Below are positions 1 through 12,420 of a stretch of DNA of 45,830 nt, piece by piece; the stretch's first letter is position 1; every line of letters starts with the position of its first letter. Position numbers and translations under genes: made by a program. Under the pieces are notes generated by a model that worked only from the letters and a program-made list of their open reading frames with translations, did no database searches and was not told the origin of the DNA. The DNA is from Balamuthia mandrillaris (taxonomy: Eukaryota), in contig JAVKOQ020000106.1 of assembly GCA_031835245.2 (NCBI GenBank), forward strand, positions 124,001 to 169,830. The letters run 5' to 3'.

Positions 1-257
1 TTTCGATTTGAAGTCTTGCCTCAAGCTTTCCGCTTTGTTCATCACCAAAATCAAAACTCTCTTTTTGTTGCAAAGAAATAACCTTTGTGATGGAAAGAAT
101 CGAAACAAAAAAAAAGGTTTCGCTGTCAGTTGAAACAAAAAAAAAGAAGGATCCGTTTTCTTCCTACCTTTCGTATGTTACGAATAGCCTTATGGAAAGC
201 AAGCAGCCGTTGATGCAGCTGCTGAATGGGCTCTTCTCTGCTTGGCTCTTCTTCCAT
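1..257 (-). CDS. 5' part of a hypothetical protein gene that runs off the window start
   Basis: ATG at 257 gives MEEEPSREEPIQQLHQRLLAFHKAIRNIRK. A GT..AG intron follows, then an open exon VISLQQKESFDFGDEQSGKLEARLQIE to base 1. No recognisable domain. Confidence 0.45.
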
Positions 258-464
258 CTTCGCTGCTACTCTTTTTTTATTTTTCTGAATTTTCCTTCCG
301 TTTGTGCAGTTTCTGAGCACGTTTTGGGCTGGCCAGCAACACTTCTTCATGACGACATGATAATTATTCGAACCCTAATTTATAATATAACCCTAACCTT
401 ATAATTTAACATGTGTGCTAAGGTTAAACCGTTCACGTTCCGCAAGGAAGCGCAACAAGCGATG

Positions 465-1562
465 TTAGCCCTCGATGGTATTGTACATGCCAACGTCTAT
501 GATGAGGAGGTAGAGGGCAATGGTTTGCATGTCGTGGTAGGTGAAGCCCACGAATTGGCCGATGAAAGAGCCGTCGTGGCCTTTGCAATCTCCCGAGTTC
601 TCCAGCTCTGCGATCGTGTTGCCGTTTACGTCTTTCACCTGAAGAATATAATAACAACAATAAGAAGAAGAACAAGAAGACAGAGCTAAACAAAAGCAAA
701 CATACGTAAGCTCTGCCAGGGTCCAACTCGCCTATTTGCTTATCATCTTTGTCGTAGATAATATCTATTCGTCAACCAAAACAAAATAGAAAACGATGAG
801 GAAGAAAGTTAGACATAGATGCTTATTGTTTGCTAGGTTTCAGTCCCGCCAAACCTTCGGTAATACAGCCCCAGTACGATTTATCTGGACCACCCACTTG
901 ACCTTCGTCATTTACATAGCCTTTTAAATTCGTGAGTACCACGTTATGGCCTTTGCGTGTCAAAATGGCAGAACGACAAAAAAAATGCCTGGAAGAAGGA
1001 AGAAGGAAGAAGGAAGAAGGAAGAAGGGAGAAGGAAGAAGGAGGAAGGAAGAAGAAACGAAGAAAAAGAACAGAAGAAAAGAAAAGAAGCCGCTGAAAAG
1101 GAAAACCCACCAATAACGGTTCCATAGGCATCCTTGCAAGTGCCGTCTTTGGCAATGTAGGAACGAGGGTCACGACACCTGTCCAAAATGTTGAGCACCG
1201 CATCCGATGGAGGCCATGCAATTTTTTCTTTGCGAACTGTGGACGACCAAAAGAGGGAGAGATAAAAGAGAGAGAAAGAGAGAGTTAAAAAGAGTGGAAA
1301 AGACAAGAAAAAAGGGGCGTTACCAACCAGGTTGTTCGACGGGCACAGCTTTGGGGGCTTGGGCCTTGGGTTGCGGTTTTGGCTGGGTGGGAATGGGAAC
1401 GTTGTAGCGGTTGATGATGGGATCGGGCAGCGACGGCGACCAGTTGCCACGAAACTTGGGCGCTTCCTTCACCAACCACTTGCCTTGCATCTTTTTCTTC
1501 CCTTCGTAATAAGCACTTTCGTGGTCATGTGAAGCACATTTGCTGCAACAAAACTGCACCAT
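465..1562 (-). CDS. Multi-exon hypothetical protein with a Pro-rich N-terminus and repeated D-x-x-G-x-x-I-G/A beta-hairpin motifs
   Basis: Five exons join through GT-AG introns: ...PKAVPVEQP / VRKEKIAWPPSDAVLNILDRCRDPRSYIAKDGTCKDAYGTVI / GYVNDEGQVGGPDKSYWGCITE / DIIYDKDDKQIGELDPGRAY / VKDVNGNTIAELENSGDCKGHDGSFIGQF...YNTIEG*. Stop TAA at 465-467; start codon uncertain. Confidence 0.65.
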
Positions 1563-1770
1563 GCTCCCTATTGGAGCTCAAACACTGCTGAAAAACTTCA
1601 ACAAATGACCAGGAATTACGATGGAAGAATCTTTCCACGAAATTCCCAACGAACAAGCATAAACAGCCCCTCAAGCAAATATGAAAAATTGTTGAAGAAG
1701 AAAAAGAAAGGAGAAAGGAGAGAGAAGCACGCGCCCCACCGAGAGAGAAGGAGAAAGGGATTGCTTTGGG

Positions 1771-2991
1771 ATGGAGAGAACAAAGAGGCAGCCAAAGATC
1801 GAGATCCTGGAAATCAAGAATGACTCCATCGAGTTTGTGCTCTCGAAGACGGACACCAGCATGGCCAATGCCCTCCGAAGAACCATGATTGGGGAGGTGC
1901 CGACCATGGCCATCGACCTCGTTGAAATCGAGAGCAACACCTCTGTGCTCCATGACGAGTTCATCGCGCATCGCTTGGGCTTGATCCCACTCACCAGCAA
2001 AAACTGCGACAGCGAATTCGACTACACAAGAGTTCGCTACTTTTTTTCTCTTCCACTTTCTTTTCTCATCCGTTCTCTCTCTCCCTCACTCTCTTTCTCT
2101 CTCTCTCTAACTCTCTCTTCTGCCTTGATGAACGAACAGGACTGCACCTGCGTGGATCGCTGTCCCAGCTGTTCAGTAGAGTTCACGCTGAACGTGGCGT
2201 GCAGGGACAGGCCAGAATGCGACGTGACGAGCAATGACCTCCGGAGTCAACACGTAGGCGTGGTACCCGTTGACTACATGAACCAAGACACAGAAATGAT
2301 GGAGGGAGCCGAGAGAGGAGAGAACGGCATCCTCATAGTGAAGCTGAGGAAAGGGCAGGAGATCAAGCTGAGGGCTATCGCCAAGAAGGGTGTTGGCAAG
2401 GAGCACGCCAAGTGGTCCCCTACCTGTGGTGTCACCTATCAATTCGAGCCTGACATCCGGATAAACCAAAGCAGAATGGAGGAATTGGATGAGGAAAGCA
2501 AGGAAGAGTGGTAAGAAACTCTGCCCTCTCCTCCCTTCTCTGTATCTTCGCGTCACTGCTTCTCATCTCTGCTTCTCTCTCTCTCTCTCCTCTCTCTTCT
2601 CTGCTATTCATCGCTCTCTTTTTCTTATCTGCTCTGCTCTCCTGCTCTTTACTGTCTTTATTTTAAATGGCCTTCTCATCACATCCAACAAAACAGGGTT
2701 GGAAGCTGTCCAACAAAGGTGTACGCCTACAACGAAGAGACAGGACAAGTAACCGTGGAGAACCCGCTCAACTGTACATACTGCGATGAATGCAAGGTCA
2801 AAGCCAACGCCCTCGGGATGCCCGACCTCGTTCACATCCGGCAGAAACAGGACCGTTTTATTTTCACGGTGGAGACGACAGGAGCATTGCGCCCGGAGGA
2901 GGTCGTTCTCTCCGCCATTCACGTGCTGAAGGACAAGCTCTCCAACCTGCATTCCCACCTGAGCAACGAGCAGGATGTTCGCTTTGACTAA
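1771..2991 (+). CDS. RPB3: DNA-directed RNA polymerase II subunit RPB3
   Basis: Motifs ANALRRTMIGEVPTMAIDLVEIESNTSVLHDEFIAHRLGLIPL, CTCVDRCPSC, KLRKGQEIKLRAIAKKGVGKEHAKWSP and FIFTVETTGAL. Introns at ~2032-2139 and ~2511-2696. Confidence 0.97.
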
Positions 2992-3007
2992 GCGATGGAG
3001 AACTACG

Positions 3008-3064
3008 AGAGCGAGAGCGAGAGCGAGAGCGAGAGAGAGAGCGAGAGAGAGAGAGAGAGAGAGA
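3008..3064 (+). repeat. (GCGAGA)n/(GA)n microsatellite in the RPB3 3' region
   Basis: Direct reading. Similar (GA)n/(TC)n tracts fill many host introns in 1-31000. Confidence 0.9.
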
Positions 3065-3409
3065 ACGTATTTTTTTGAGGGACACAGAAAGGAATAAATG
3101 AAGGGAGAGCCAAGCCGAGGCGATCTTGTCCGCCGGGAACGCCAGTGATGAGCAGACATTGGTGGCTCGAGACGGTTCCCTAGATACCCCTCCCTCGCTC
3201 TTTTTTATCATAAAAAGAAAAGAGAAGAGAAGAGAAGAGGTCAAACGTGTCGCTAACAACAACAACGAGCAGCAGCAGCAGCAAGAAGCTAGCCAAGTTG
3301 CCACGTAGTCGCTTGTGACGAAGAAGAAGTGAAAACGGTGGAAGGTCCCTGTCCCTCGTTTACAACGCGTTCATAAATACAGCATCACCCAAAAAAAATA
3401 GAAAAAATA

Positions 3410-5239
3410 ATGAGCGCAGAAACGAAAGAGAAAAATCATGAGGAGGAGGTGCGAGAGCAGTTGAGCGCTTCGGGTGTCTACCTGAAAGAGAAGATACCGA
3501 CGGCCCCCGTCAATCCGTTCATCAACCATACGCTCAAGCTGACTCCCTATGAAACGTTCAAGGTACCCTTTTTTTTCGTAAGAGAAGAGAGAGAGAGAGA
3601 GAGAGAGAGAACTCCAATCGCAAAGGCTTTGGTTTGGTCGGCTGAAAGAAAAATGCAACACACAACAGTTGATAATAGGCAGCTTCACGATAGCTCCCAT
3701 TCGCTTCGTTCTCATTCTTTTGCTGATGTTGTTGGGGTGGGCCATCGTCAAGATAGCTTTGTTCGGACTGTCGAGCGAGGACATCGCGACAAAGCCTTTG
3801 TCTCGCTGGCGGAAGAATGTGCTGCTCATTGTCAGGTGACCATTTGTCTCTTTTCTTTCTTCCCGTTTCCTCCTCCCTTCTCTCCATTCTTTTATTCTCT
3901 TCTCTCTCACTGCTCACTTTTCTCTCGCTGTTGTCATACTCTCGTTCTCTGGTCCCCTTGTGTTCTGATGCCCTCGCTCCCTCGTTCTCTCTCCTCTTCG
4001 CTGTTCGTTGTTTCATGTGTTTCTGCTCTCCTTCCCTGTTCCTCTCGTATTTTGATCCTTACCACCCATTCTTCTGCTCTTTTAAAATAGAGGATTGGCA
4101 AGAGTTATACTATTTGTGTGGGGCTTTTACTGGATTCCAGTGAAGGGTAAACGTGCTTCCTTTAAGCAAGCACCCATTCTTGTTTCCAACCACATTAGGT
4201 ACGGCGGCAAACAAACGCAAGAAAGCACTTCATCCATTACTGATCTCTCTCTCTCTCGCTCAAGTATGTTTGATGGAATCTTTTTCTTCTTCTATGAGAT
4301 GCCGCGTTTTATCAGTAGAAAGGAAAACCTTGACATTCCTATCATTGGTTAGATTTGCCCTTTCTTTCTATTCTTCGTTTTTCATTCCTTTTTTCTTTTC
4401 CTTGTTATTCTAAAAACAATAACAAAACAGGCAGCATATTGCAGGCCATGCAGAGCATTTCCGTGGACAGACAGGCAGCAAACTCCAAGAAACAGGCTGT
4501 TCAAAATATCATCGACCATGCTAATCACGATCCAAGCGAAGGCTGGCCCCGATTGCTCATTTTTCCTGAAGGGACTTGCAACAACCAAAAGGGTCTCATT
4601 TCTTTCAAAGCTGGGGCTTTCATTCCAGGTAACTTGGCTCTTCATTTTTGCATATCTTTTTATCTTCTTTCTTGTCTTCCCGTACTTGTCTTAATCTTAT
4701 TATGAAAAGGAAAATCGGTTCAAGCGGTTGCGATCAAGTATCCTTATATCAATTTCGATTGTTGCTGGTTAAACGGAGTAAACCTTGGCCATTTGTTTTG
4801 GCGTTCTCTTTGCCAATTTGAGAACTACATGGAAGTGCACTATCTTCCGCCCCACAAGCCAACCAAACACGAAATAGAAAATCCTTTGCTCTTTGCAAAC
4901 AACATTAGGTATTTTCTTGTTTTCCTCTTCCTTTTTTCTGTTCTCTTTCTTTCTGGTTCTCAAATGACGCTCGAATTTTTCGTTAATATTTTTCCAACTC
5001 TTTCAAAAGGGCATCAATAGCTAAAGTGTTGAACATCCCAGTAACAGAACATTCATTTGAAGACATTCGTTTCGCCATCAAAGCAATGAAGTTGCACATG
5101 CGACCCGAGGCCTTTGCGGATATTGACTTATTTAGCATCAAGAAACAAACTCAAATGACGGAAGAACAGTTGGAAAAGCTCTTGCAAAAGTTCTCAAAAA
5201 TAGACAAGAACAAGAACGGCGAGCTTACCATCCAGCGTA

Positions 5240-5277
<38 letters not shown>

Positions 5278-5807
5278 TTTGCCTAACATTTTTCTTTCAG
5301 AATTTTGCAAAGCTCTAAATATGCCAGAAACAAGAGCAACAAGGCGCTTGTTCTATCTAATGGACACTAGCGAATCCGGTATATAATTCCTTCTTAATGC
5401 TTCCTTTCGCAACAAGGGCTTCTTAATCACTGACGAAATGTTATTTGTTTTCTGGTCTTTTGCTTTTTTAAAAAAAGGAACCATATCATGGAAGGAATAC
5501 GTGTCTGGAATTATCTTTCTTTCAAAGGAGCTGAACAAGAAAGAAAAACTGGAGTTTGCATTTAAGCTTTTCGACCAAAACGAGGACGGAAAGATCACCG
5601 AAGGAGAGTTGTACAGGTGCGCCTCTTTCTCCCATTTTTTCCCCCTACTTCTTCCCTTATCATTTCATCCTTTCTTACTGACCCACCATGGTCGCCTTTA
5701 GTATGATGCGCTCTGTTTTTCCAGGAATTAAGAGATCAGACGTAGCAGGCATCTTCCGTAATGGTGACAAAAATAATGATGGAGTGATTGACTATGGTAC
5801 TATTCTG

Positions 5808-5888
<81 letters not shown>

Positions 5889-6050
5889 CCCCCGTCGTCT
5901 GAGCTAAAACGTTCGTTCTTATCAACAGAGGACTTTGTGCAGTTCTTTCAAGAGAATCCAGAATATTTGCAGTTGTTGGAGTATCACCAACAAGGCGACA
6001 CAGAGGAAGAAGAGGGAAGTACGTCTCTTCAAAGCAAAAAAGATCAGTGA
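3410..6050 (+). CDS. Lysophosphatidylcholine acyltransferase (LPCAT1/2-like) with C-terminal EF-hands
   Basis: Spliced motif NHIS/MFD (HxxxxD), LLIFPEGTCNNQKGLISFKAGAF, an N-terminal TM segment, and EF-hands DKNKNGEL, DQNEDGKITEGE and DKNNDGVIDY. Many GT-AG introns. Confidence 0.9.
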
Positions 6051-6134
6051 CTTCTTTTCGGTTTTTATGATAGTCATTTTTGTAATAGTTACATTCGACA
6101 GACGAGTGTTTTTAAAACTGTTAATATGTTCGTT

Positions 6135-7602
6135 CTATCTATTTTTCAAAATTGTTGCAAGCGAATCCTCCAACTCCTTGCGTTTCTTGGCTTTGTCTTT
6201 CAAAAGTACAAGTTCTCGTGTCACTCTCAGTATGGCACGATAGATGAGGCCCACCACCACAAAAGTGCCGCCAAAGATGGCGCACATCCGCGTTACAAAA
6301 TGGGTGGAAGTGCTTCTTTGCACTTCTATTGTGTTGATGGAATAGGGCGATAACTGCCATTTTATCACCACCTCTGCAAATAAGCTGTTAGACTGGGGGA
6401 GATTGAAAGAGAAAGAGCACGAGCTAATGAATGGGAATAGAGCATTCATACCTGGCCGAAGTTGTCGTTTTTTCTCATTAGTTTTGTATGAGGCAGAGCA
6501 CGTGTATTGATAGCTATTGATGGTCTCACCATTCAACGGTGTGTATGAGATAGGTACCACGGAGCAAGAATAAGTGCTTTGCAAGACATCTTGAGAAACG
6601 GAAGCATCAGTAAACCAGCAAGAAGTAAAAATACAAAAGAAACAACCAGACAATGACAAGAGAGATAGAGAGGGAGAGAGGGAGTGACGACAACAAAGCG
6701 AAACGAGAACCAGAAAGTGACACCTTCATCGGCCTTATGTCCGCACAGAGGACATTCTCTATCAGGGTAGTATGGTCCGAAAGCCAAACCGTTAATCTCA
6801 TGCGTCATGTTCTTCAAAATTTGAGCAGGTACCCATCCCCTATTAGAGGCGGGCAGTATCTTCAAGGACCCTTCTCCTTCCTCCCAAGTAATTGCCACTT
6901 TGTACTGACATGAATAGTACATTGATGGTGAGTTGGGTATTAGCCGAGAGGCTGAATGTCTACTTGGCCCCCCTGTGAAGTGTGTTTGTTAAAGAGAGAA
7001 AAAGAGTTAATTGCAAAATCAGATGAAAAACACTTCTCTCTGTTCTCTGGAAGCCCCCAGCAAAGTGTGGAATCGTGCCTTGTGGGTCGACCTTTTGTGC
7101 AAACATTTTTCGATGGAAGCCTCCCCCCAATGGCCTCCTATCTCTGCCGAACGCGTCCTGATAGCGCAGCATCGTATCTGCAGTATTTCATTGGGTAAAC
7201 AAGCAAAATAAATGACAACTTTTAATAAAATGGACGAACCTTCACATTTATAACCATAAACCATAAAGTCCAAGTCCACCGCCATCCGTTCCGTTGTGTT
7301 CCGCATCACGTTTACGCTAAGAGAGTCTTGTCTGTGCGGAGTATAATACGTCTGAAACTCAAACATCCCCAAATACACAATAAATATGATCCCAACTACT
7401 GATACTGTATGCCATTGTATGACGAGCGAAAACAGGGGATGAGTTGTTTGGGCATTGAGAGCAAAGTTGCCAATAACTTACCAAAAGCACCAAAAAGACT
7501 ATTCTCCTTCACCACCTCAGCCGACTTTGGGAAAAGGTCCAAAGTCTCAACTCTTGATCGAATGGAACCCCTCCGCGGCCGGTTGGGTGATAGCGCCTCC
7601 AT
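6135..7602 (-). CDS. ER-Golgi intermediate compartment protein (ERGIC/Erv41-Erv46 family)
   Basis: N-terminal LDLFPK...SLFGA plus TM; NMTHEINGLAFG; YSCSVVPISY...YQYT; C-terminal VVIKWQLSPYSI...HFVTRMCAIFGGTFVVVGLI. Confidence 0.85.
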
Positions 7603-7945
7603 TGGGAGATAACAGGGATGGGGGGTTTTTTTCAAAGGGTGGGATGCTTTTTTCTCCTTCTTTTCGTTTTTGCCTTCTCCTTTTTGCTTTGCTTTCTTTT
7701 GGAGCCAGCTGGCGCTGCTGCTGCTGCTGGGGTGTTGTTTTTTGAATGGTTAACCATTTCCTTTTATGCCGCTATACGTCGTCACGAGGAGGATGAAGCA
7801 AGCCTGCAGCATCCTGCTTTCTCTCTCTCAACTTCTCGCTTCTCGTCCTCCTCCTCTTGCTTTTCTTGCACGGAGCATTTAATGTAAAGAATGGAGGAAA
7901 GATAGGCTACAACAACATACTAGCTTTGACAGCAGGAGAGGGCTA

Positions 7946-8624
7946 TTAGACGCCAACGTGCTCAGCGGGGACGGTCACGAGCTTGTCGCCGCTAAAGGTA
8001 GAGACGAACTGTTGGGGAAGGGCCTGCTCCTTGGGGTCATCGGACTCGCTGGCGCCAGGAGTCACCACATTGATCTCGCTGGACAGAGAAGTGATGATGC
8101 TGACGGCAGCCTTGTTGGCGGTAGTGAGATAGAGAGTCACGCCCTCGCTCTTATCGACCTGGATGGTGGGCACGCTGCCGGTGGCTTGCACCTGGATCTT
8201 CTTGCCGCGAACAACCTCCACTTGAGAGATGACATCCTCAAAGACAACACCAACCTTGGTGCAACCGTCTGTTTGAAGTAAAACAGCAGGAAAAAAAAGC
8301 GGCACATCGGTAAGTGTGGTGGTTGTGAAAAAAGTGGGGAAGAATATACGCACTCACGAGGATGTTGGTGACCTTGCCCTTGACCTGGACAACGCTGTCC
8401 TCGCAGGAAAAGATGTTCACGGTCTCCTTGTTGTTTTGAGCCTCAACAACAATGCTTGAGTTACCTTTTTGGTATTGCTAGTTTGGTGGCGAACAATCAA
8501 AAACAAAGTCAAACAATGAACCGCCACGAAAGAAGAAAAAAAGCAGTCCTCGACAACGAGTTGCAACACATACCACGTTCCACTTGCTTCCGTCCAACTC
8601 GCACTTGGGGGTCTTGTCGGCCAT
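7946..8624 (-). CDS. Cyclase-associated protein, C-terminal (CARP) domain only
   Basis: MADKTPKCELDGSKWNV / EYQKGN...VQVKGKVTNILV / DGCTKVGVVFEDVISQVEVV...VPTIQVDKSEG...EQALPQQF...LVTVPAEHVGV*. Two introns. Confidence 0.88.
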
Positions 8625-8788
8625 TATGAACAGTGGTGGTAAGTCGGTGTGCGTGCGTGTCTTCTGAAGAAGTCGTCAAACTTGTCTTTGGCCCACGAAT
8701 TCGATCGGTGGTGTGGCCTTGTCTCTGAGGCTGTACCTGGATACGAACCCTCAAGCTGCAATTTGAGGGACATGGTCGAGGGGTTGTT

Positions 8789-8836
8789 TTGCATAGACCC
8801 CTCATGTTACATCTGCAACATGAGGGGTCTATGCAA
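8789..8836. other. Perfect 20-bp inverted repeat with an 8-nt spacer, between divergent genes
   Basis: ttgcatagacccctcatgtt (8789-8808), acatctgc, aacatgaggggtctatgcaa (8817-8836). Confidence 0.95.
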
Positions 8837-9108
8837 CGTCGACTCCTCATCTCTTGACGGCAAAAGGGAGAATGCAAAGAATGCCAAAAACAACTGGGAA
8901 ATTTTAAGGAAGGTCAGCGGACCACCTAAAGAAAGGTGGAACAGAATAGCGCCATGCGATTTTTTACCATAATTTTTCTGTTTGCCACTTCGCTTGGCCT
9001 TCTGGTAGCAACGACAGTCACACCGGAGCAAACCACAACGACAGAGCAGCGCCCACCAGTCTTTAGACAGACACAAGGTTGAAAACAGTTCGGACGAGAA
9101 TCATAACA

Positions 9109-9727
9109 ATGTTGCGCGTATTTGCTTCCCGTGGGTTGTTCACTGCCTCCTCCTCTGGCTGTAGTGCCAGAGTAGCTCCTCTCGCCAGCTCGCGGCTGTT
9201 GTCTCGCTCCGGCTCGCAAGCGGGAGTCCGTTTTTTTGCTACCCAAGGTTTGTTTTCCACTTTCTCTCTCTTTTTTTTTGTTCCATCCAATAGATGATGG
9301 GTCACTCACTGCCGTTGCAACACCGTTTACATTGTTTAAACACTCAGTTCCTGAGAATCTCAGGTACACCAAGTCTCATGAGTGGTTGCGAGTGGAGGGT
9401 GACATTGGCACTGTTGGAATCACAGACCACGCCCAAGATGCTCTTGGCGAGGTGGTGTTTGTGGACTTGCCCAAAACGGGTACTGACGTAAGCGCTGGCG
9501 ACTCGATCGTCTCCGTGGAATCCGTAAAGACCGTCAGCGATGTGTACGCCCCAGTGTCGGGAACTATCCAAGAGGTTAACACCATACTGAAGGACACCGA
9601 ATCGGCCTCTTTGGTCAACTCCAGCCCCTATGACAAGGCCTGGTTCGTCAAGATCAAACTCAGCAAACCGGAGGAGGTGGACCAGCTGCTCACTCCCAGC
9701 CAATACAAAGAAGTAGAGTCGCACTAA
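9109..9727 (+). CDS. GCSH: Mitochondrial glycine cleavage system H protein
   Basis: Arg/Ser-rich transit peptide MLRVFASRG..., one intron, then YTKSHEWLRVEGDIGTVGITDHAQDALGEVVFVDLP and the lipoyl-lysine motif VESVKTVSDVYAPVSG. Confidence 0.96.
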
Positions 9728-9863
9728 AGCGACGGCAACTGCGCGATCCAACCACAAACAACTTATTTATTTTTCTCTCATTCCATCCTTGTTTTTCTTT
9801 CCTCTTTCTCTACTTTCTTCACGTTTTATCACTTTTCACTTGGCCTGGTAAAGTCTACGAGAC

Positions 9864-12141
9864 TCAAGAGGACAACAAGCTAACCTGTTCTCTAAAGAGT
9901 TGCAAGAAGCGGTGCGGGTGTTGGATCTGTTGCTGGTTATAGCTGAGTCCCACCGATATGTGGCCGTTGTAACTGAGAATGCTCAAGCCTATCGGCGTGC
10001 TCTCCAGCAACGTTGGCACGAAGAAGCATAGCCGCGAGATCGATTTTCCGCCCAAGAGGAGCCCTTCTTCTGGTCCTTTATCCCCCAACAGTGAAAGAAA
10101 AAAGAAAAATGGGGTCAGCAACAAAAAAAAAAAAAAAAAAAGCTTTGAATAAAAAAACAAAGAAGAAAAAGCACAAAACAACAAATACAGTATTTTAAAA
10201 AAAGAATGTGGCAAACCTTTCACGTTGGTGAATATGACAGAGGCGTTCCTTGCCACATGCGAGGACAGCAGACGAAGCCAAAAGGGCGAAGCAAACCTGC
10301 CCATCCATCGGGTGAAGCGGTAGGAAAACTCGTAGTCAAGGGTAGCTTTGGCGGCGTCCATCTCCTTTTTGATGGCAGCCAACCTCTCCGCTGGTCCGTC
10401 TTCGTTTCTGGAGATGGGCAGTCGCAAGAACACAAGCCCAAAGTGGTTGTCCAAGACAGGTGGTCCTGCTCTTCTCCTTGCCACAAAGAAACTGCCGACC
10501 GGCACCACCGCCTCCACGTCCTTAAGCTCTTCCTCCTCTTCCTCTATTTGTTCCTTCTTGCATTTGCTCTGCTGCAGTTCAACGTGGTGGTAGGCTCGAA
10601 TGGCAGAGGCAAGAGCGGCGCTCAACACGTCGTTGATAGTGGCAGAGTGCTTTCTGGCAGCACGTTTCACTTGTTGCAGTGACAAAGGTGGTTCTAGCCA
10701 CGCCATTCCGTGTGCTTGCACTTGCGGTAATGCAACTCCTTGTTGTTGAGGAGAGGAAGTCGCATTCAGAAAGAATCGTGATGATCCTCCTCTTTGCTTC
10801 AAGGAGGAACGCAATGCCCATCCTGGAAACATGCGCAACACGCGGATGCCAAAGCAAAGTCTGTCCAGCTGGCGCTGGTAGAAGTCTCTATTTTGCATCA
10901 CTTTACTATTCCGACCATTGTTGTTGCTTTCGGTTTTCATATCGTTGCTGTACTGGGAAGAAGCAGTTTGAAGCGAAGAATGATGAGGCAGATCTCCTCT
11001 TTTTTCTGCGTAACTTTCATCCGCGATGCTGAGAAGGCAACGCAACAGAGAGAAGCCATCTCCTATGGCGTGGTGTACCTGCACCAACAGCCCACTACAA
11101 GCATGATCATGGCCATCCTCCTCATCAGCACGAGCATCGTCAGGATGGCGCTGAATAATCCACACTCGCCATAATGGGTGGTTGCTATCCATTGGTTCGC
11201 AGGCTTTCTGCGATAATATGGCAGGTATTTGTCGTGTTCCTTCTTCGTTTTCTCTCACTTCCTGATCTGTTCCGTTTCCTCCTTTATTGACACAAAGATT
11301 TGCTTTGCATACCGAACAGATCTTGGCCGAAGAAGAAGAAGAAGAAGAACAAGAAGAAGAAGAAGAAGAAGAAGAAGAAGAACAAGAAGAAGAAGGCAGA
11401 TGAACGGTGCGAAAGTGATGGGAAAGGTCCCACCGAGAGTTAGCAGATTGCCACACTCCCTCCTCAACGTCGGCCCATGGAAACAGCACATGATAGAGCC
11501 AACTTTGTTGTTGGCATCAGCAATCAAGAGATAAGCAGAGAAGCAGAAAGAAGCGAGAAAGAGAGGTACCTACTACTGCGGTCAGATGTGGCAGAGGGAG
11601 GCAGCTTAGCCTTCTGCATGAAACGTCGGAAGTTCGGTTTGGAGAGCAACCGCTCCTCGAACAGTCTTTGTAGTTCCTTTTCCTCCAAAACGGAGCCATG
11701 AAACCAGAATAAAGCTGAGATGACGTTCGGCTTCTCCGTTGTCTGCAAATGAAACATGCTCAATGCAGCCCCGTCCATCCCCTCTTCTCCTTCTTCCTCC
11801 CCTCTCCTCTTTTCGCGTTGGTCTTCCCAGCGATGCTTAAACAAGAAGATGAGACCCCAACTCCAAAACGTGAGAACCACCAACAGGAACGACAACGCGC
11901 TGACCAAAAGCACGCTCAGCGCTGGCGACCAGTTCCACAAGCAGAGGAACGCCTCACCGAGGTTGGCGCTGCCGGAGAACAGTCCTCCTCTTTGCATGAG
12001 AGCAAGCGTCACTGCTGTGGCTGCCACCCACAGCGCCACATCGCTGCCTGTTTGCTTCCATCGTGGCCACCTCCCTCTGGTTGCCTGTCTCGTGTCTTCC
12101 ACAACCACCACCCCCTCCTCCCTCTCTTCTTCTTTCGTCAT
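9864..12141 (-). CDS. Wax ester synthase/diacylglycerol acyltransferase (WS/DGAT) family protein with N-terminal TM segments
   Basis: Catalytic HHAIGDG (HHxxxDG), HPLWRVWII, ATINDVLSAALASAIRAY, FTNVK/GP and IGLSILSYNGHISVGL. Introns near 11490-11570 and 10075-10217. Confidence 0.88.
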
Positions 12142-12420
12142 CTCCCTCCCTGTTTACGTTTACTTTTGTAATTTAAACCCAGTGACCAACCAGCAGCAGT
12201 AACCACCACCACAACAAAAATAACAGACCACAACAATGAGGATGATGTGGATGGATGATGAGGATGATGAGGATGATGAGGATGATGTGGATGGATGATG
12301 AGGAGGAGGGCGATGACGAGGAAGGAGGAGAGAAACACGACCCGTCGACAGGAATCCAGCCAACCACAACCGGGAAGAAGGAACAGAAGGCCCCCCCCCC
12401 CTCCTTTCCTAGGGCCAGCC

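Noticed and set aside
3410..12141. LPCAT and WS/DGAT as a lipid gene cluster
   Set aside because: They are separated by unrelated genes (ERGIC, CAP, GCSH); no sign of co-regulation.
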